From Bugula neritina (Eukaryota > Animalia > Bryozoa), in assembly GCA_964035545.1 (NCBI GenBank), contig OZ037765.1, positions 32,797,504-32,861,503 on the forward strand: DNA of 64,000 nucleotides, written 5' to 3'. The notes under the pieces are model-generated. The model had not been told where the DNA came from and made no database searches. It saw only the letters and a program-made list of their open reading frames with translations. A program made the position numbers and the translations under genes. This document shows, piece by piece, positions 40,846-52,556 of this stretch; the stretch's first letter is position 1; each line of letters starts with the position of its first letter.

Positions 40846-41690
40846 GAGGAGAGGATTGACATGTTGTCCGACATTCACTTATCAACAGTGTCGGACCAAT
40901 CGACAACAACGACAAACCAGACTGTTAGACAAGTTGACATTACTGAACTAACTGGCGGACCGCTTGAATTGCCACAAGCTTTGTTACGGCCTACTACCTG
41001 GACAACTAGACAGACGAAGACTCTAATACAGGCACTGATAGGGACTGATGACAATAGACTGTGTGATGAATGCCGGCGGACTTTCTCGACTATGAAACAA
41101 CTCAAAATACACATACCACAACATTTTCCTGTAACCTTCTGTCCATGTGGAGTCCACCACTTCTACAGGGACGCTATACTGCGACACCAAAGGAATCAGA
41201 ACTGTTACATCAGATACCTATACAAAGTTGACGCCGACTCCTACACTGAATTTAAAGATCTGATACTGCCTCATGTGACCGACCCAGATCGACGCCAAAC
41301 CCTACTAGACCAGTTCACGCGACCCGACCGACGGTGGAAAGTGATTCAGACGCAGACCCCCAGCCTCTGGCCACCACGAGGACAACACCAGCCCCTGAGG
41401 TGACGACTCAGCCTCTCCGTATTCTCATGTCCAGTGCCGGACGCACAATAGAGGGAGACTCCCCACCCCTGACTACAACTACCTCCTTCTTCCCTAGTCG
41501 CCGACAGAAGAAGAGAAAGAGCCCTAGTGACCCGACTAACAAAGATACTATCCCCGACCAGTCTCTATTGACAGATGTGAAGAAGTTACAGAGGCGTATG
41601 GCGTATGTACATATATGGAGAGGGTCCTCTCATACGGCATCAGAGAATACACGGTATGGTTGAGCATAGCCAACTTTTTAGAGGACTATT
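40816..41690 (+). pseudogene. C2H2 zinc-finger ORF, copy 2, fused in frame to the Gypsy gag start codon
   Basis: MADNEDVPHQE (compare gag MTDDEYVPHQE at 27465) joined to ERIDMLSDIHL...; continues after a frameshift in 41334-41663 (RRQKKRK). Confidence 0.6.
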
Positions 41691-42582
41691 TGAAGGCTCT
41701 CAACTGAAAACTAGATGACTTCCGCTGCTGCTTCGCTTCACCGTATTTATTGCTATAGTCAAGCTTTCAGTGTGAAATTTTGCATCATTCTGAAAATGTT
41801 TGCATACTAGTTTAATTACACTGTTGGCTTACATTTTCGTTTAGTCTAGGATTAAATGTATGTTTCTTTTATAGATTGATGGCAGACAGATTTTAACTAA
41901 GAAAAATACAAACTTAAGTCTAAAACCTGGTGTGCCCTGTTATAATTAACATATGAAAATAATTGGTGAGGCAAGTTGTACCTGGTTCAACTTGCCCCAC
42001 TTCCTGTGTGGTTCAACTAACCCCACACTGTCACGGCTACAAATTATTGTCAATATCTGCTGTGAATGAAATATTTCTGCAAATTTATGTCATTGTACAG
42101 CTTTTGAAGCATGTTGACAATACATGCCTAAATTTATTTGACTGGCTCTTAAAATTTGAGAAGCCATAAAACTGTTTATGAAAAATATAAGGTTTTAGTT
42201 TGCTCATTTGTCATGCAAAATTGTGAAAAATACTCGCTTGAACCTGAAAACTTCTGCTTGGAGTTTATTTGTTTCTATATATTTTTATATATTTATATAT
42301 TTTCTATATTGAAAATATAATCTGACATGTATTAAATTAGAACTGGTAATATTCAGTCTATGAGATAGTGTGTGTAAATTGTACAATGTGGAGTAAATTT
42401 GTATTATATTTACTGCATTCATTATATGAGGTACTCTTATCCTGCTTTATTCAGGATGTTATTTTGACTGATACTAAATAGTTTATGAAATACAGAGATG
42501 TGATATTTAACTCATACACATGTCAGTACTGCATATTATCCTCATACTTTGCTTTGTTTTAATGCATATCTTTATATTACAG

Positions 42583-42720
42583 TCTCTCTCAGCTGACTCA
42601 GTTAGAGATACTAGGCATAGGAAACAATACTCTCAACACAGTACCAGATGTTGTGTCATCACTCACATCACTTAAACAGTTGAAGATGAATAGATGTGGT
42701 ATATCCAGTCTACCTGAGAG
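42583..42720 (+). CDS. LRR exon E13 (138 nt; absent from the ORF track): LEILGIGNNTL...LKQLKMNRCGI
   Basis: Same splice signals; translated by hand, open frame. Confidence 0.92.
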
Positions 42721-43492
42721 GTTTGTGTGTCACATGTTTATTATTTCTTCTTAACATCATAACCATCTCCCTTTAAATTATATTTATACATAACTATTAG
42801 TATATAAGATATGTACAGGTTATAAATGTGTATGTAGAAATTTGTATTCACTTTAAGGTTTTGGTAAAATACAATGAGATGGAAAAGGAGGACTGCATCA
42901 TAAATTGAAAAGCCACCCTCTTTCATGAAAAAGTGAATTACAATTTTGTTCTACTGCTCTATTAAAATACTCCAATACTCCCTAGCTATAATGTAAAACT
43001 CTATAGCTAAGCATTTTGCTAAAGTTTTCATGTGGAAAGAATACTAGATATAGGATATTAATGAAGAAAACAATGGTCTAGGGGTTTGAGCCCCGACAAA
43101 GGCCATTGGTGATGTTAGGAAGACTACCCAGTCATAATTGCTCCTGTGGCTCATCTGAATAAGTCCTTGGCCCCATTTAACAAAAACTCCTTTCATCAGG
43201 GGTTTTCTCACAGAGATGGTGATTATAAACTTGCGTCAGTTTTATCTTTAAATAAAATAATAAAATCATTTGTTATATAAAGCGATAACAGCTACTAGTG
43301 ATATAATTTGTTACTGATCACTATTACATCAAATGGTATCCATTATTAGATGAAACAAGTTAAGGTAAAATATCATGAGGATTGCAAAAATATTTTTGCT
43401 TTGTTGTTAGAATTTTTCAGAACTGTTAACTGCTGCATGATATTTTATTCTCTTCCTGTTGTAAATTGTTATATTATATTTTTATATTACAG

Positions 43493-43630
43493 TCTCTCCC
43501 AGCTGACTCAGTTAGAGGAACTAGACATAGGAGACAATCCTCTCAACACAGTACCAGATGTTGTGTCATCACTCACATCACTTAAACAGTTGAAGATGAA
43601 TAGATGTGGTATATCCAGTCTACCTGAGAG
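43493..43630 (+). CDS. LRR exon E14 (138 nt): LEELDIGDNPL...LKQLKMNRCGI
   Basis: Same splice signals, open frame. Confidence 0.92.
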
Positions 43631-44052
43631 GTTTGTGTGTCACATGTTTATTATTTCTTCTTAACATCATAACCATCTCCCTTTTAATTATATTTATACA
43701 ATGTTCAGTCTACATGAGGAGTCAACTATTCTGTAAATTATCTTTATACACAATTTATAGTAATATTTGAAATAATATACAGGATACAGAGTGTAGCTAT
43801 AGTCTCATATACTGATATTCTCTGTACTCAGGCTGTTATATAATGAGCTGGTCAGGGTGCAGTGTAATAATTGGAAAAGCTATAAACCTCTTCAAATGAC
43901 TATGTGCTGGGTTATGGAAATAGTTGTATTATTAATATTTGAATACTTTGTGTAGTTTATAGTAGTTGTATACAATATATGTTATTAGGGGTTGAATATA
44001 CAACACTGATGTGGTTTATATGTTATATCTTTATATATTAAATTATCCTTAA

Positions 44053-44484
44053 GCGTAGGGCCACACAACGCGGGTTTGCTGCGTGTGGGTCCAAATCTTT
44101 GAAAATATGTTTTAGGAACGACCTGTCACACTTAATGCATGGGTTGTGAGTGCGGAAATGTATTACCTAATGATCTTGGAGTTCAGCTTTACTGCTCACC
44201 TGCAGACGCTTGTTTTTAAATCTGCGCCATCAGCAGAAATGGAAACTATATGAAACTGTTTTAATTCAGTTCGCTAAAAATTAAAACTCGAATTGAAATT
44301 AAAAAAGTGTGCTTGCCAAATGGTAATCAGCCAATGAGATCAAACCTGCACGAGCTTCTTGCATTTCTCGCTCAGCATGTTATCTGCATGGGAACCCACA
44401 CACAACAGCCCATTTTTGAGCTAGATGGGTTAATTCTCCCTGCATGTTGCCAGCAGGGGTTACCCGCGCCGTGTGGCCCTATGC
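44053..44484. mobile_element. Harbinger-like MITE, copy 3
   Basis: TIR as above, TAA on both sides. Confidence 0.7.
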
Positions 44485-44968
44485 TAAGCTGACTAAGTAA
44501 TTAGTAATAACTATGTAATAACTCATTATTCTTAGCAGTGAATAGAAAAGAGCTGCTTAAAATCAATCAGCATGCTTTGTGCAAAAACTTCCAAAAAATT
44601 CCAAATAATATATTATTCAGACCTGTTTACTCTGAATACTTTGAAACAAAACAGCATCCTAGGTTAAACACGAAGATATTGAAAACATAGTTTAGCATGT
44701 ATTGAACCAGAACTAGTAACATTCAATCTTGACAATATTGTGTGAAAATTTTACAATCTGAAGTGAATCTGTATTAAATTTATGGCATTCATTATATGAG
44801 GTACTATTATCCTGCTTTATTCAGGATGTTATTTTGACTGATACTCAATATCTCTGTGAAATACAGAGATGTGATATTTGACTCATACTCATATAAGTAC
44901 TGCATGTTATACTTATATTGTATGCAACTTTGTTTTCTTCTTATATTCTGTATATCTTTATGTTCTAG

Positions 44969-45109
44969 TCGGCATCAGCTGCTGACTCAGTTAAAGAAAC
45001 CAGACATAGTAGACAATAGCCTAAAGACGGTACCAGATGTTGTGTCATCATTCACATCACTTGAACAGTCGAATATGAATAGATGTGGAATATTCAGTCT
45101 ACCTGAAAG
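44969..45109 (+). CDS. Divergent LRR exon E15 (141 nt), E9/E12 lineage without the 9-nt deletion
   Basis: tgttctag acceptor, GAAAG|gtttgt donor, open frame, degraded LRR consensus. Confidence 0.55.
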
Positions 45110-45374
45110 GTTTGTGTGTCACATGTGTATCACTACTAGTAGTAGGAAGTGGTTGGTTCTGGGACAACCCCCTTCCCCCGTCGAGTCTTCGACTGTCCGC
45201 TGTCAGGGTGTTGTCTCAGAACGCAACCACTTCCTACTACTAGTATAATTATTTTACTAGTTTTTTAAAGAAGATAAATATAATTTTAGAGTTGTTGTAA
45301 TAAATTATTATACGCTGAGAATATAATAATTTAATATGCAACAGTGTTTAATTTATGTTTATATTTTTTAGTGT

Positions 45375-45896
45375 TTAATTAGTTTTACTATTATAGTAAA
45401 GTTTTAAATATACGTAATCAAAAGGTAGCGCGTCAGTAGCGTATTCACTCGGTGTATTAACAAGAATTACGTCATCGGGTTTATGACTCGGATAAACGCT
45501 CGAAAGAGCTATTGTAAACGAAAAATTATTATTAGCGTTAACGATTTTATTAATATTTATTTTACTATACAGAACATTATGTTCAGCACCGCTAATATTA
45601 TAAAATATATTTTCTTTAGATTCGTCAAACGGATTTACGCTATTACGAATATGTAAACCTAATTTTTTATTAGTCCAATATTTTTCTTTAGTTTTATTAT
45701 TAGGTGAACTTTCGTTATAAAATTGTATTAACGCGTGCGTTATTTCTATAGATTTATCGACTAGATAATCATTAATTAAATCTACCGTAAAGCTATTAAT
45801 ATCTTCGTAATAATAAAATTCGCGTTTAGATATAATGCTCGTAATATACGCTTTATTAGTTGTTATATCGACTTTACTAAATTTATAAATATTCAT
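45375..45896 (-). CDS. Polinton hypothetical protein, paralog A
   Basis: 173-aa ORF; shares YIT..I...EF.YY, L..D.LVD..IEI, YWT.K..GL..R.SV and YPSHKP.DVIL with the neighbouring gene. Confidence 0.65.
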   Translation of the reverse strand: MNIYKFSKVDITTNKAYITSIISKREFYYYEDINSFTVDLINDYLVDKSIEITHALIQFYNESSPNNKTKEKYWTNKKLGLHIRNSVNPFDESKENIFYNISGAEHNVLYSKININKIVNANNNFSFTIALSSVYPSHKPDDVILVNTPSEYATDALPFDYVYLKLYYNSKTN

Positions 45897-45899
45897 TTA

Positions 45900-46419
45900 T
45901 AATTATAATAAAGTTTTATTAATACGTAATGAAACGGTAACGCCGCGGCGGTTATTTCCCTAGCGGGAGTATGGGTTAAAATTACGTCACCGGGTTTATG
46001 ACTAGGATAAGTTTTTGATAACGTCATTGATATTGAAAAGTTTTTATTAGCTTCAATAATTTTATTAGCATTTATTTCGCTAAACGGAAGATCGTGTTTG
46101 CTACCGTTGTATCATAAAAAGTATTTTCATCGGCTCCACCGAATATTTCAACGCTATCTCGAACTTGTAAGCCTATTCGCTTATCAGTCCAATATAGTTC
46201 TTTAGTTCTGTGAGCGAGTTCGCCGTAAAATTGTATTAATATATTCTTTATTTCAATCGGTTCGTCAACTAAAAAATCTTTAATTAACGTACCTCCGAAT
46301 CCGCTAGAACTACCGTCATAATATATAAATTCTGATGGAATTACGATATTCGTAATATAAGGTTTTTCATTTATTATATTGGCTTTAGCCGAATTTCCAA
46401 AAATATAAACCGAACTCAT
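45900..46419 (-). pseudogene. Polinton hypothetical protein, paralog B (frameshifted near 46075)
   Basis: Homologous to 45375-45896; TYPSHKPGDVIL lies in a shifted frame. Confidence 0.6.
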
Positions 46420-46809
46420 TTATATTAGTAATTTATTTATAATTAATTGAGGCGACTCGTGTTTGAACATTTCTTTAAGCCAATATAAACACAAGTGTCC
46501 ACATATAACCGTCCCATACGGTTGCACACGTTCCGTATTATAAAATACTGGCGCCTTTAAATATTTCATTATTTCTAAAGGAGGATTTAGTCCAAAACTA
46601 TCGAAATAACATTTTATATTTCCGTTTTTGTACCAAGCGTCTCAATGAGTACCACCACCCATTAAATCGTCTAAATTTAATATACCGCATTTGTTTTTAC
46701 AAGGTTTATAAGGTAAATTATCTCTAGAAAATACTCCTCTAAAACGCGGTATTTTTAATTTTTTAATTGCGTTATCGATATCAATATTTGATAATGCTTT
46801 AAGTGTCAT
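46420..46809 (-). pseudogene. Adenain-like cysteine maturation protease with a premature stop
   Basis: Hand translation MTLKALSN...FRGVFSRDNLP...GTH*DAW...YFDSFG...VQPYGTVICGHLCL; the HW motif is mutated to H-stop. Confidence 0.85.
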
Positions 46810-49800
46810 TTATATATCCGTAAGGAATTGTCGTAATACTGTCTTCTAATATAATTCTTTTATCGTCTTCGGCTGACAAGGCTACTTTGTTTATCGTTAC
46901 GGCGTACATCGTATGCTTATGACTTCTTAGTACGTTCATCGTTCTATGTTGGTCTCGTCGCGTTAATAAACATTCTTTATAATCGTCAAATGTTATACGA
47001 TTATTACGCGTAGTTTTAATAATTCCTTTACATTTTTTTTCTTCTACCGAGTTATCCATTTTATGCGAATATAACTTGGCTCTTAAACCTACAAACTCAG
47101 TAATTTGTTTTCCACCGGCTTCGTCCTTAAACATACCTATTACCTTTTTATTTACATTAGTTGGTAACAAGTGATTCTTAGGATAATTACTCGTGTCAAA
47201 TCTAGTTTTCACGTCTGGAGCTATATCCTTGTAAAAATCTTTCCTTTGAATATGATACATTAGACTATGAGTATCCGTAAACAATAATTGAGCTTTATTG
47301 CCGTATTTATAGGTTAAATATAATTGTAATGAAAGTTATACATAAGAGTTTTACTAATATCTAAAATTGCGGCTCCTAAATATACGGGTTTATCAAACTT
47401 TAATTTTGTTACGTTCATATGAACGGCTATAAGATTTTTGGAAAATATAGTGAAACTTTTAAAATTAGGTTGATTCGTTAATTTTTTAGCTTAGCTTTCA
47501 TTAGTAACTAATTTAATGTCAACTCTATTACGAATGTTTTCCATCGTTTCACCAAATACTGAATTATTCATAAGCTTAAAAAAGTCTTTTTCAAAATCGC
47601 TCGTAGCTAAAGTTCTTAGCTTAGTATTTAAATTTATATACTCTTTAAGTTTATCGGATTCGTTAAAGGTTATACCTCTATGAATTTTTGTTAGCTTTAA
47701 ACCGTATATAAGACATTGCTCTAATGCTCTATAGTGTATAACGTAATTTTTCTTATTATTTAAATTTGGAATTAAATTTTCTATTTTATCAATTGCTAAC
47801 CTTTCCGGACAAAACGGATAATCTTTATGTAAGTCATACAACTTTTTAGGATATTCTAAATCTACTTCTAAAAAGCTAGGCGGAAAGTTTTCACTTTTTT
47901 CCCAAGTCTCGACATCGTTTTTCAGTTATCCACTTAAAATTACCCGTTAGTAATTTTTGTGACATAGCCCATCCGTATAAATTATTAGCGTCCATGTACA
48001 TGATATAACTATCAGGCTCATCAGAGTTATAATTTTCCATATATTTATTATTAGCTTTAGCGTATCTATGACTAATCATACTTACACCACCTCTAATAGC
48101 TTTTTCAAAGAAAAGTAATTGCTCAACGTCGGTAATTGGATCTAATTCTAATTCCGTAGTTTTAGGCATAGCGTCCCACGATAGGCCGGGAGCCGTATAA
48201 TACCAAGCCGGATCTAACTTGTAGTGTTTAAGACATACGTCTCTAAAGTTTTCAAATACGTCAGCCAACTGTAACACATCGACTTTCATATATAAGTCGT
48301 GATAGTCTCTAAACGTTTCCATATTAAAAGTTTTCCAAACTTTTTGAGCGTGTGCGTAATCTTCGTCTGAAATACCTTGCTCGGTTAAACTCAAATAAAA
48401 CTTTTCTTCAGGCGGTAAAGACGTTTCATCCAACACGCTTAGATTATTAAAATAGTCATACGGAAATACTCCTTTTCTTAATAATAAGTTTAATTCGTTT
48501 TCGTTAAAATATTTTTTCAAATGTTTAAAATCGTCGCGTTTTAAATTCGCTACTAAGCTCGCTAAACTAGAACTCATAAATTTATACGAGTCTAAAAATC
48601 GAATTTCACGAGTAACTTTAACGTTTTTACCTTCTTTATTAGTAAATTCGTCTACTATTAGTTTTTTATTAAAAGATATATATTTTTCTTCGGTATTGGG
48701 TATACACGAAGGTTCACCGCCTAAATTTTTAATAAACAAGTGAGCGTCGTAACCGGACAAGTTATGAATAAACACCGGATAAAATTTTGGAACTTTATAA
48801 TTTAAGTTGCAATTATTATGCGCGGCTTCTCGATAATCTCCAGTTAAATGACAATGATCACGTACTTTATCATTATTTAATTCTTTTTCGCAAATATAAC
48901 AAATTCTTGCTTCTTGAAAAGATTCTTGTTCTTCACGGGTAAGTTTCATAGGTTTAGCGAACTTGTGTTTATTATATATTTTTGTAATTGTTTCTTCTAA
49001 ACTTCTCATAAATATTTCACCGATATCTTCATTTCGTTTAGTATAACTTACTTATTCGCATTCACCCGTAAAGGTTGCGATATAATATCCGAAACCGGAC
49101 GGTTCGTGTTGTTGATATTGATTAGTATAACTTTCTCGAGGATTAGGCTCACAATTTTGTATTGGTTTAGTAAAACATTCAAAGTCTGCGTAAATTATAA
49201 ACGGCACTCTCATATTACGACAATGATGGCTAGACTGAAATTTTATTTTATTCTCGAGCTTAGGAAAAACCGTAGTTACGCTATCGTTTGACAAGCACCA
49301 ATCTTGATGCTTTTTTAAAGATTCATTAGATCAAAACGAGTTCATACAATTTACGCAAATATGTTTAATATTAACACGTTCATTTATTTGCGAAGCGAGT
49401 AATCTACTTAAGTTTTTAATATACGCGTAATGTCTTTTTTCACCATCAGTTATATGAAGTAAATTTATAATTTTTCTCTGATTTTCAGATTTTTTCCACA
49501 AATTTATTATTTTACCATCCCACGTAAATACATTAATTCCGATATCAGGATTAGCGTTTTCAAAAGCGTCAATAGATTTTTTAGTAGCGAGAAATTCAAC
49601 GCCTTCCCACGATAATTATTTTATTAACGTGCTCTATATAGTTGGATATTCTTTCGGCATGCTCTTTAGGTGTATACATACCCGTTAAAACGGCCCACTT
49701 AAAGCACTCGTTATCTTTGTTTTTAGGATTTATTATGGCTTTTCTTTTTTTAATTTCTTCGAGAAGATCAATCCACGATGACCCATTAAAAAGTTTATAT

Positions 49801-50400
49801 TCATTAATGTTAATGTTTATTTTCTCAACGGGTTTAAATATCCAATTACTTCCTTTTGCGTTTAACGAAGCAAAATTTTCTTTTATACGTTCAATCATTT
49901 CATCGTATATTTTATCAACATTCGTAGACTCTAATATAGTTTCAACGTTTGATGTAAATGGCATAGTTTCTACGATAGTTTCACCAGTACTTACATTGTT
50001 TTTTTTCATTTCGCAATATATAAATATTTTAGCTTTTATAGTAGGTTTTAATAATTCTAATACATTTAATTTCACTAGTTTACTAAATGTGTCTATACTT
50101 AGGCAAACCCTTAATTTCATAAGTTTGAAACCAGCCTTTAGCCGCTTCATTTTTTAATACGGGATTAACATCATTAGATATTAATAAGTGTATGAGTTCA
50201 ACTCTTTTTAAACGAGAATATCGTTTTAAACCTTTTTGTTTGGCTATAAGTTTTAAGTCTTTAACGGATTTAAATTCATCCTCAACTTTTAATAACTGCA
50301 TAAAATTGGTTTTATTTGAACGGGAATATCCTTTGACTCCACGCTTTTTTGCTAACGTCGTTAGACTTTTAATCGTAAGTTTATTGGCGTTGTAATGCAT
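46799..50400 (-). pseudogene. Protein-primed family B DNA polymerase, fragmented
   Basis: IYADFE, VRDHCHLTG, HNLSGYD, FLDSYKF, MDANNLYGWAM, KLMNNSVFG, FTDTHS (catalytic D changed to H); N-terminal helical repeats; several frameshifts and stops. Confidence 0.93.
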
Positions 50401-50837
50401 TTATATATCATTTTCTTTAAATAGTATTATCGCTTATGTAAAATAAGAGATAATATTAAAAAATGCAATACAAATGCCAATAAACTTACGAGTGCCGTAT
50501 CACGCGAGCATATTCCCATTTATTATTCTAACGTTTCTTTAACTATACTATTATTTTCTTCTTCGCGTTTATTATTCGCAACTCGAGCGTAAAATTTAGA
50601 TAATGAACGTCGTGAAGTATTTTTTATATTAAAATATTTATTAATTTTAGGAATGTGTTTTCTTTCCATTAAAGTAATATCATCAAAAGAAATATTATCT
50701 ATTAATCGTATAAACATATCCGGGGAGTGGTATATATTTCTTTTGTTTGGCTTTAGCTATTAAACGGTCAATCAGTATATTCCAGTTCATAACATAAAAT
50801 ATCGCGTTATAAAAAATCAATTTTTTGTATATAATAA

Positions 50838-51317
50838 ATGATAGCCAACAAATTTAGACGAGATAAAATTCAAGCGTTAAGCAATGATATGCAAGACATG
50901 GAAAATCGTTATTATAAAAAATTAAAAAAATATAGCGTTTTATCAACGGTTTTAAGAGTTTGCATAAGCGTAAGCGGTATAACTACGATTATATGTAGTA
51001 CCGATAGCGCCGCGTTATTAGGTACTGGTATAGGCGCGATAGCCGCAATTCCTCTTAGTATAATAAGCGGAGTAGCCGGAGTAATAACTACTGGTATTAC
51101 TTCGCGAGACGCTAAAGTGATTAAAAAAATGCAATTATATTTAGACACTCATTCGTTTATAAAAAAATCTAAATTAGAAATTGACGCTATGTTATCAAAA
51201 TATTTAAACGATGATTATATCGATGACGAAGAATATAGTTCTATAATTGAAAAATATAAAAACATTAACGCCGTAATAGCGGATAAAAAGTCTGAAATAA
51301 TTAATGCTCAATGTTAA
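50838..51317 (+). CDS. Polinton membrane-active protein with a Gly/Ala-rich hydrophobic hairpin (GasderminX-like)
   Basis: Intact 159-aa ORF; AALLGTGIGAIAAIPLSIISGVAGVI followed by a helical C-terminus. Confidence 0.5.
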   Translation: MIANKFRRDKIQALSNDMQDMENRYYKKLKKYSVLSTVLRVCISVSGITTIICSTDSAALLGTGIGAIAAIPLSIISGVAGVITTGITSRDAKVIKKMQLYLDTHSFIKKSKLEIDAMLSKYLNDDYIDDEEYSSIIEKYKNINAVIADKKSEIINAQC

Positions 51318-51368
51318 TTAATTACGTTACGTAATTAATTAAAAATGAAATATTAATTATTTAGGGCG

Positions 51369-51779
51369 TTATTTTTCTAATTCATTTAAGGTGTCATTTC
51401 TTCTTTTTTCTAATTCATTTTTAGCGTATTGTAATTTAGCTTCGCATGAGGGTATTCTAGTAAACATATATCTCAATAAGCTAATATTAATTTCTTGATC
51501 TATTACTTTAGTTTTATAAACAGTTTTCATTCTTAAATTTTTATTATCGTCTTTATAAATAATTTCTTTTTTATTAGCGTAAACGCATTCTTCAAGTATT
51601 CTAATTTTATTAGACAGGTTTTTTATTTCATCTAATATATCAAATTTTTTATAAATAATTTTTTCTTTCATATCACCGCTTTCGTATATTCGTTTTTCGG
51701 TATCACCATTTTTATAAATAGTTTTCCTAATTGGGGTGCCGTCGAGGCTTTGGTAAGTAATTTTTTTTACATCGGTCAT
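51369..51779 (-). CDS. Polinton hypothetical protein
   Basis: 136-aa ORF with a TAAATG start; internal K.IYK..D repeats. Confidence 0.5.
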   Translation of the reverse strand: MTDVKKITYQSLDGTPIRKTIYKNGDTEKRIYESGDMKEKIIYKKFDILDEIKNLSNKIRILEECVYANKKEIIYKDDNKNLRMKTVYKTKVIDQEINISLLRYMFTRIPSCEAKLQYAKNELEKRRNDTLNELEK

Positions 51780-51802
51780 TTATATTAAAAATTATTCTTT
51801 AA

Positions 51803-52117
51803 CTATAATATCGCGCCTAAAATAGGAATACCTTTAAAAAGACTTTTTGGACCTAAAAGTAAACCTTTTCCAACTTTTTTATATTCCGAATTATTTAATA
51901 TATAATAGCCGTTACCTTTTATATAGTTAGGTTTTTTAACTTCCGTTAATGTAGCAGTTTTTCCATCAGGAGATACTTTAACTGAACACAAACACTCACC
52001 CCTTTTTAATGATAAACCTTTACCTTTTGATAAATATAAACCTTTACCTTTAATAATACTTTCCGCATCCGATGTCCGTAACTTCGATATAAGGTTGATC
52101 GTATATTTTTGCGTCAA
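51803..52117 (-). CDS. Small basic Polinton protein (core-protein-like), 5' end probably lost
   Basis: GKGLYL repeats and a C-terminal GKGLLLGPKSLFKGIPILGAIL. Confidence 0.5.
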   Translation of the reverse strand: MTQKYTINLISKLRTSDAESIIKGKGLYLSKGKGLSLKRGECLCSVKVSPDGKTATLTEVKKPNYIKGNGYYILNNSEYKKVGKGLLLGPKSLFKGIPILGAIL

Positions 52118-52556
52118 AACCTAAAACGTCTCTTATAGAATTTTCAACGGTAAAATCTATTTGATAATTAAGTTTTAATTTAAGTATAATCCTAAAAGTT
52201 ACTTTATTAGCTTGCAAAGTAATATCGTTTCTATTACCCCCCTCTTTTACTGTTTCATCTTGAATAGCTTGTTCTAATTGATCTAATTCATACACACTAA
52301 TTGGTAATGAAACTAAATACCACGTATTACCACCGTCTTTAGACCATCTATAGGAATTTCTATTGGTACTAATGTTTGGAAAAGAATAAAATGTATCTAA
52401 ACTGATAAGACACATTTCAAATTTTTTATTTTTATTTAATTCTATAGGTGGATTAAGTTGAGTAATTATTCTCGTTTTAGTATCGGTAACTCCTATAGTC
52501 ATAGTTTGTTTAGAGGCCGTATTATCGGCAATTTCTCGTAATAATTTGTTCTCCAT
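52050..52556 (-). pseudogene. Minor capsid (penton-like) protein, C-terminally truncated
   Basis: Lies directly downstream of the major capsid gene; LNPPIEL, YSFPNI and SIRDVLGF motifs. Confidence 0.65.
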
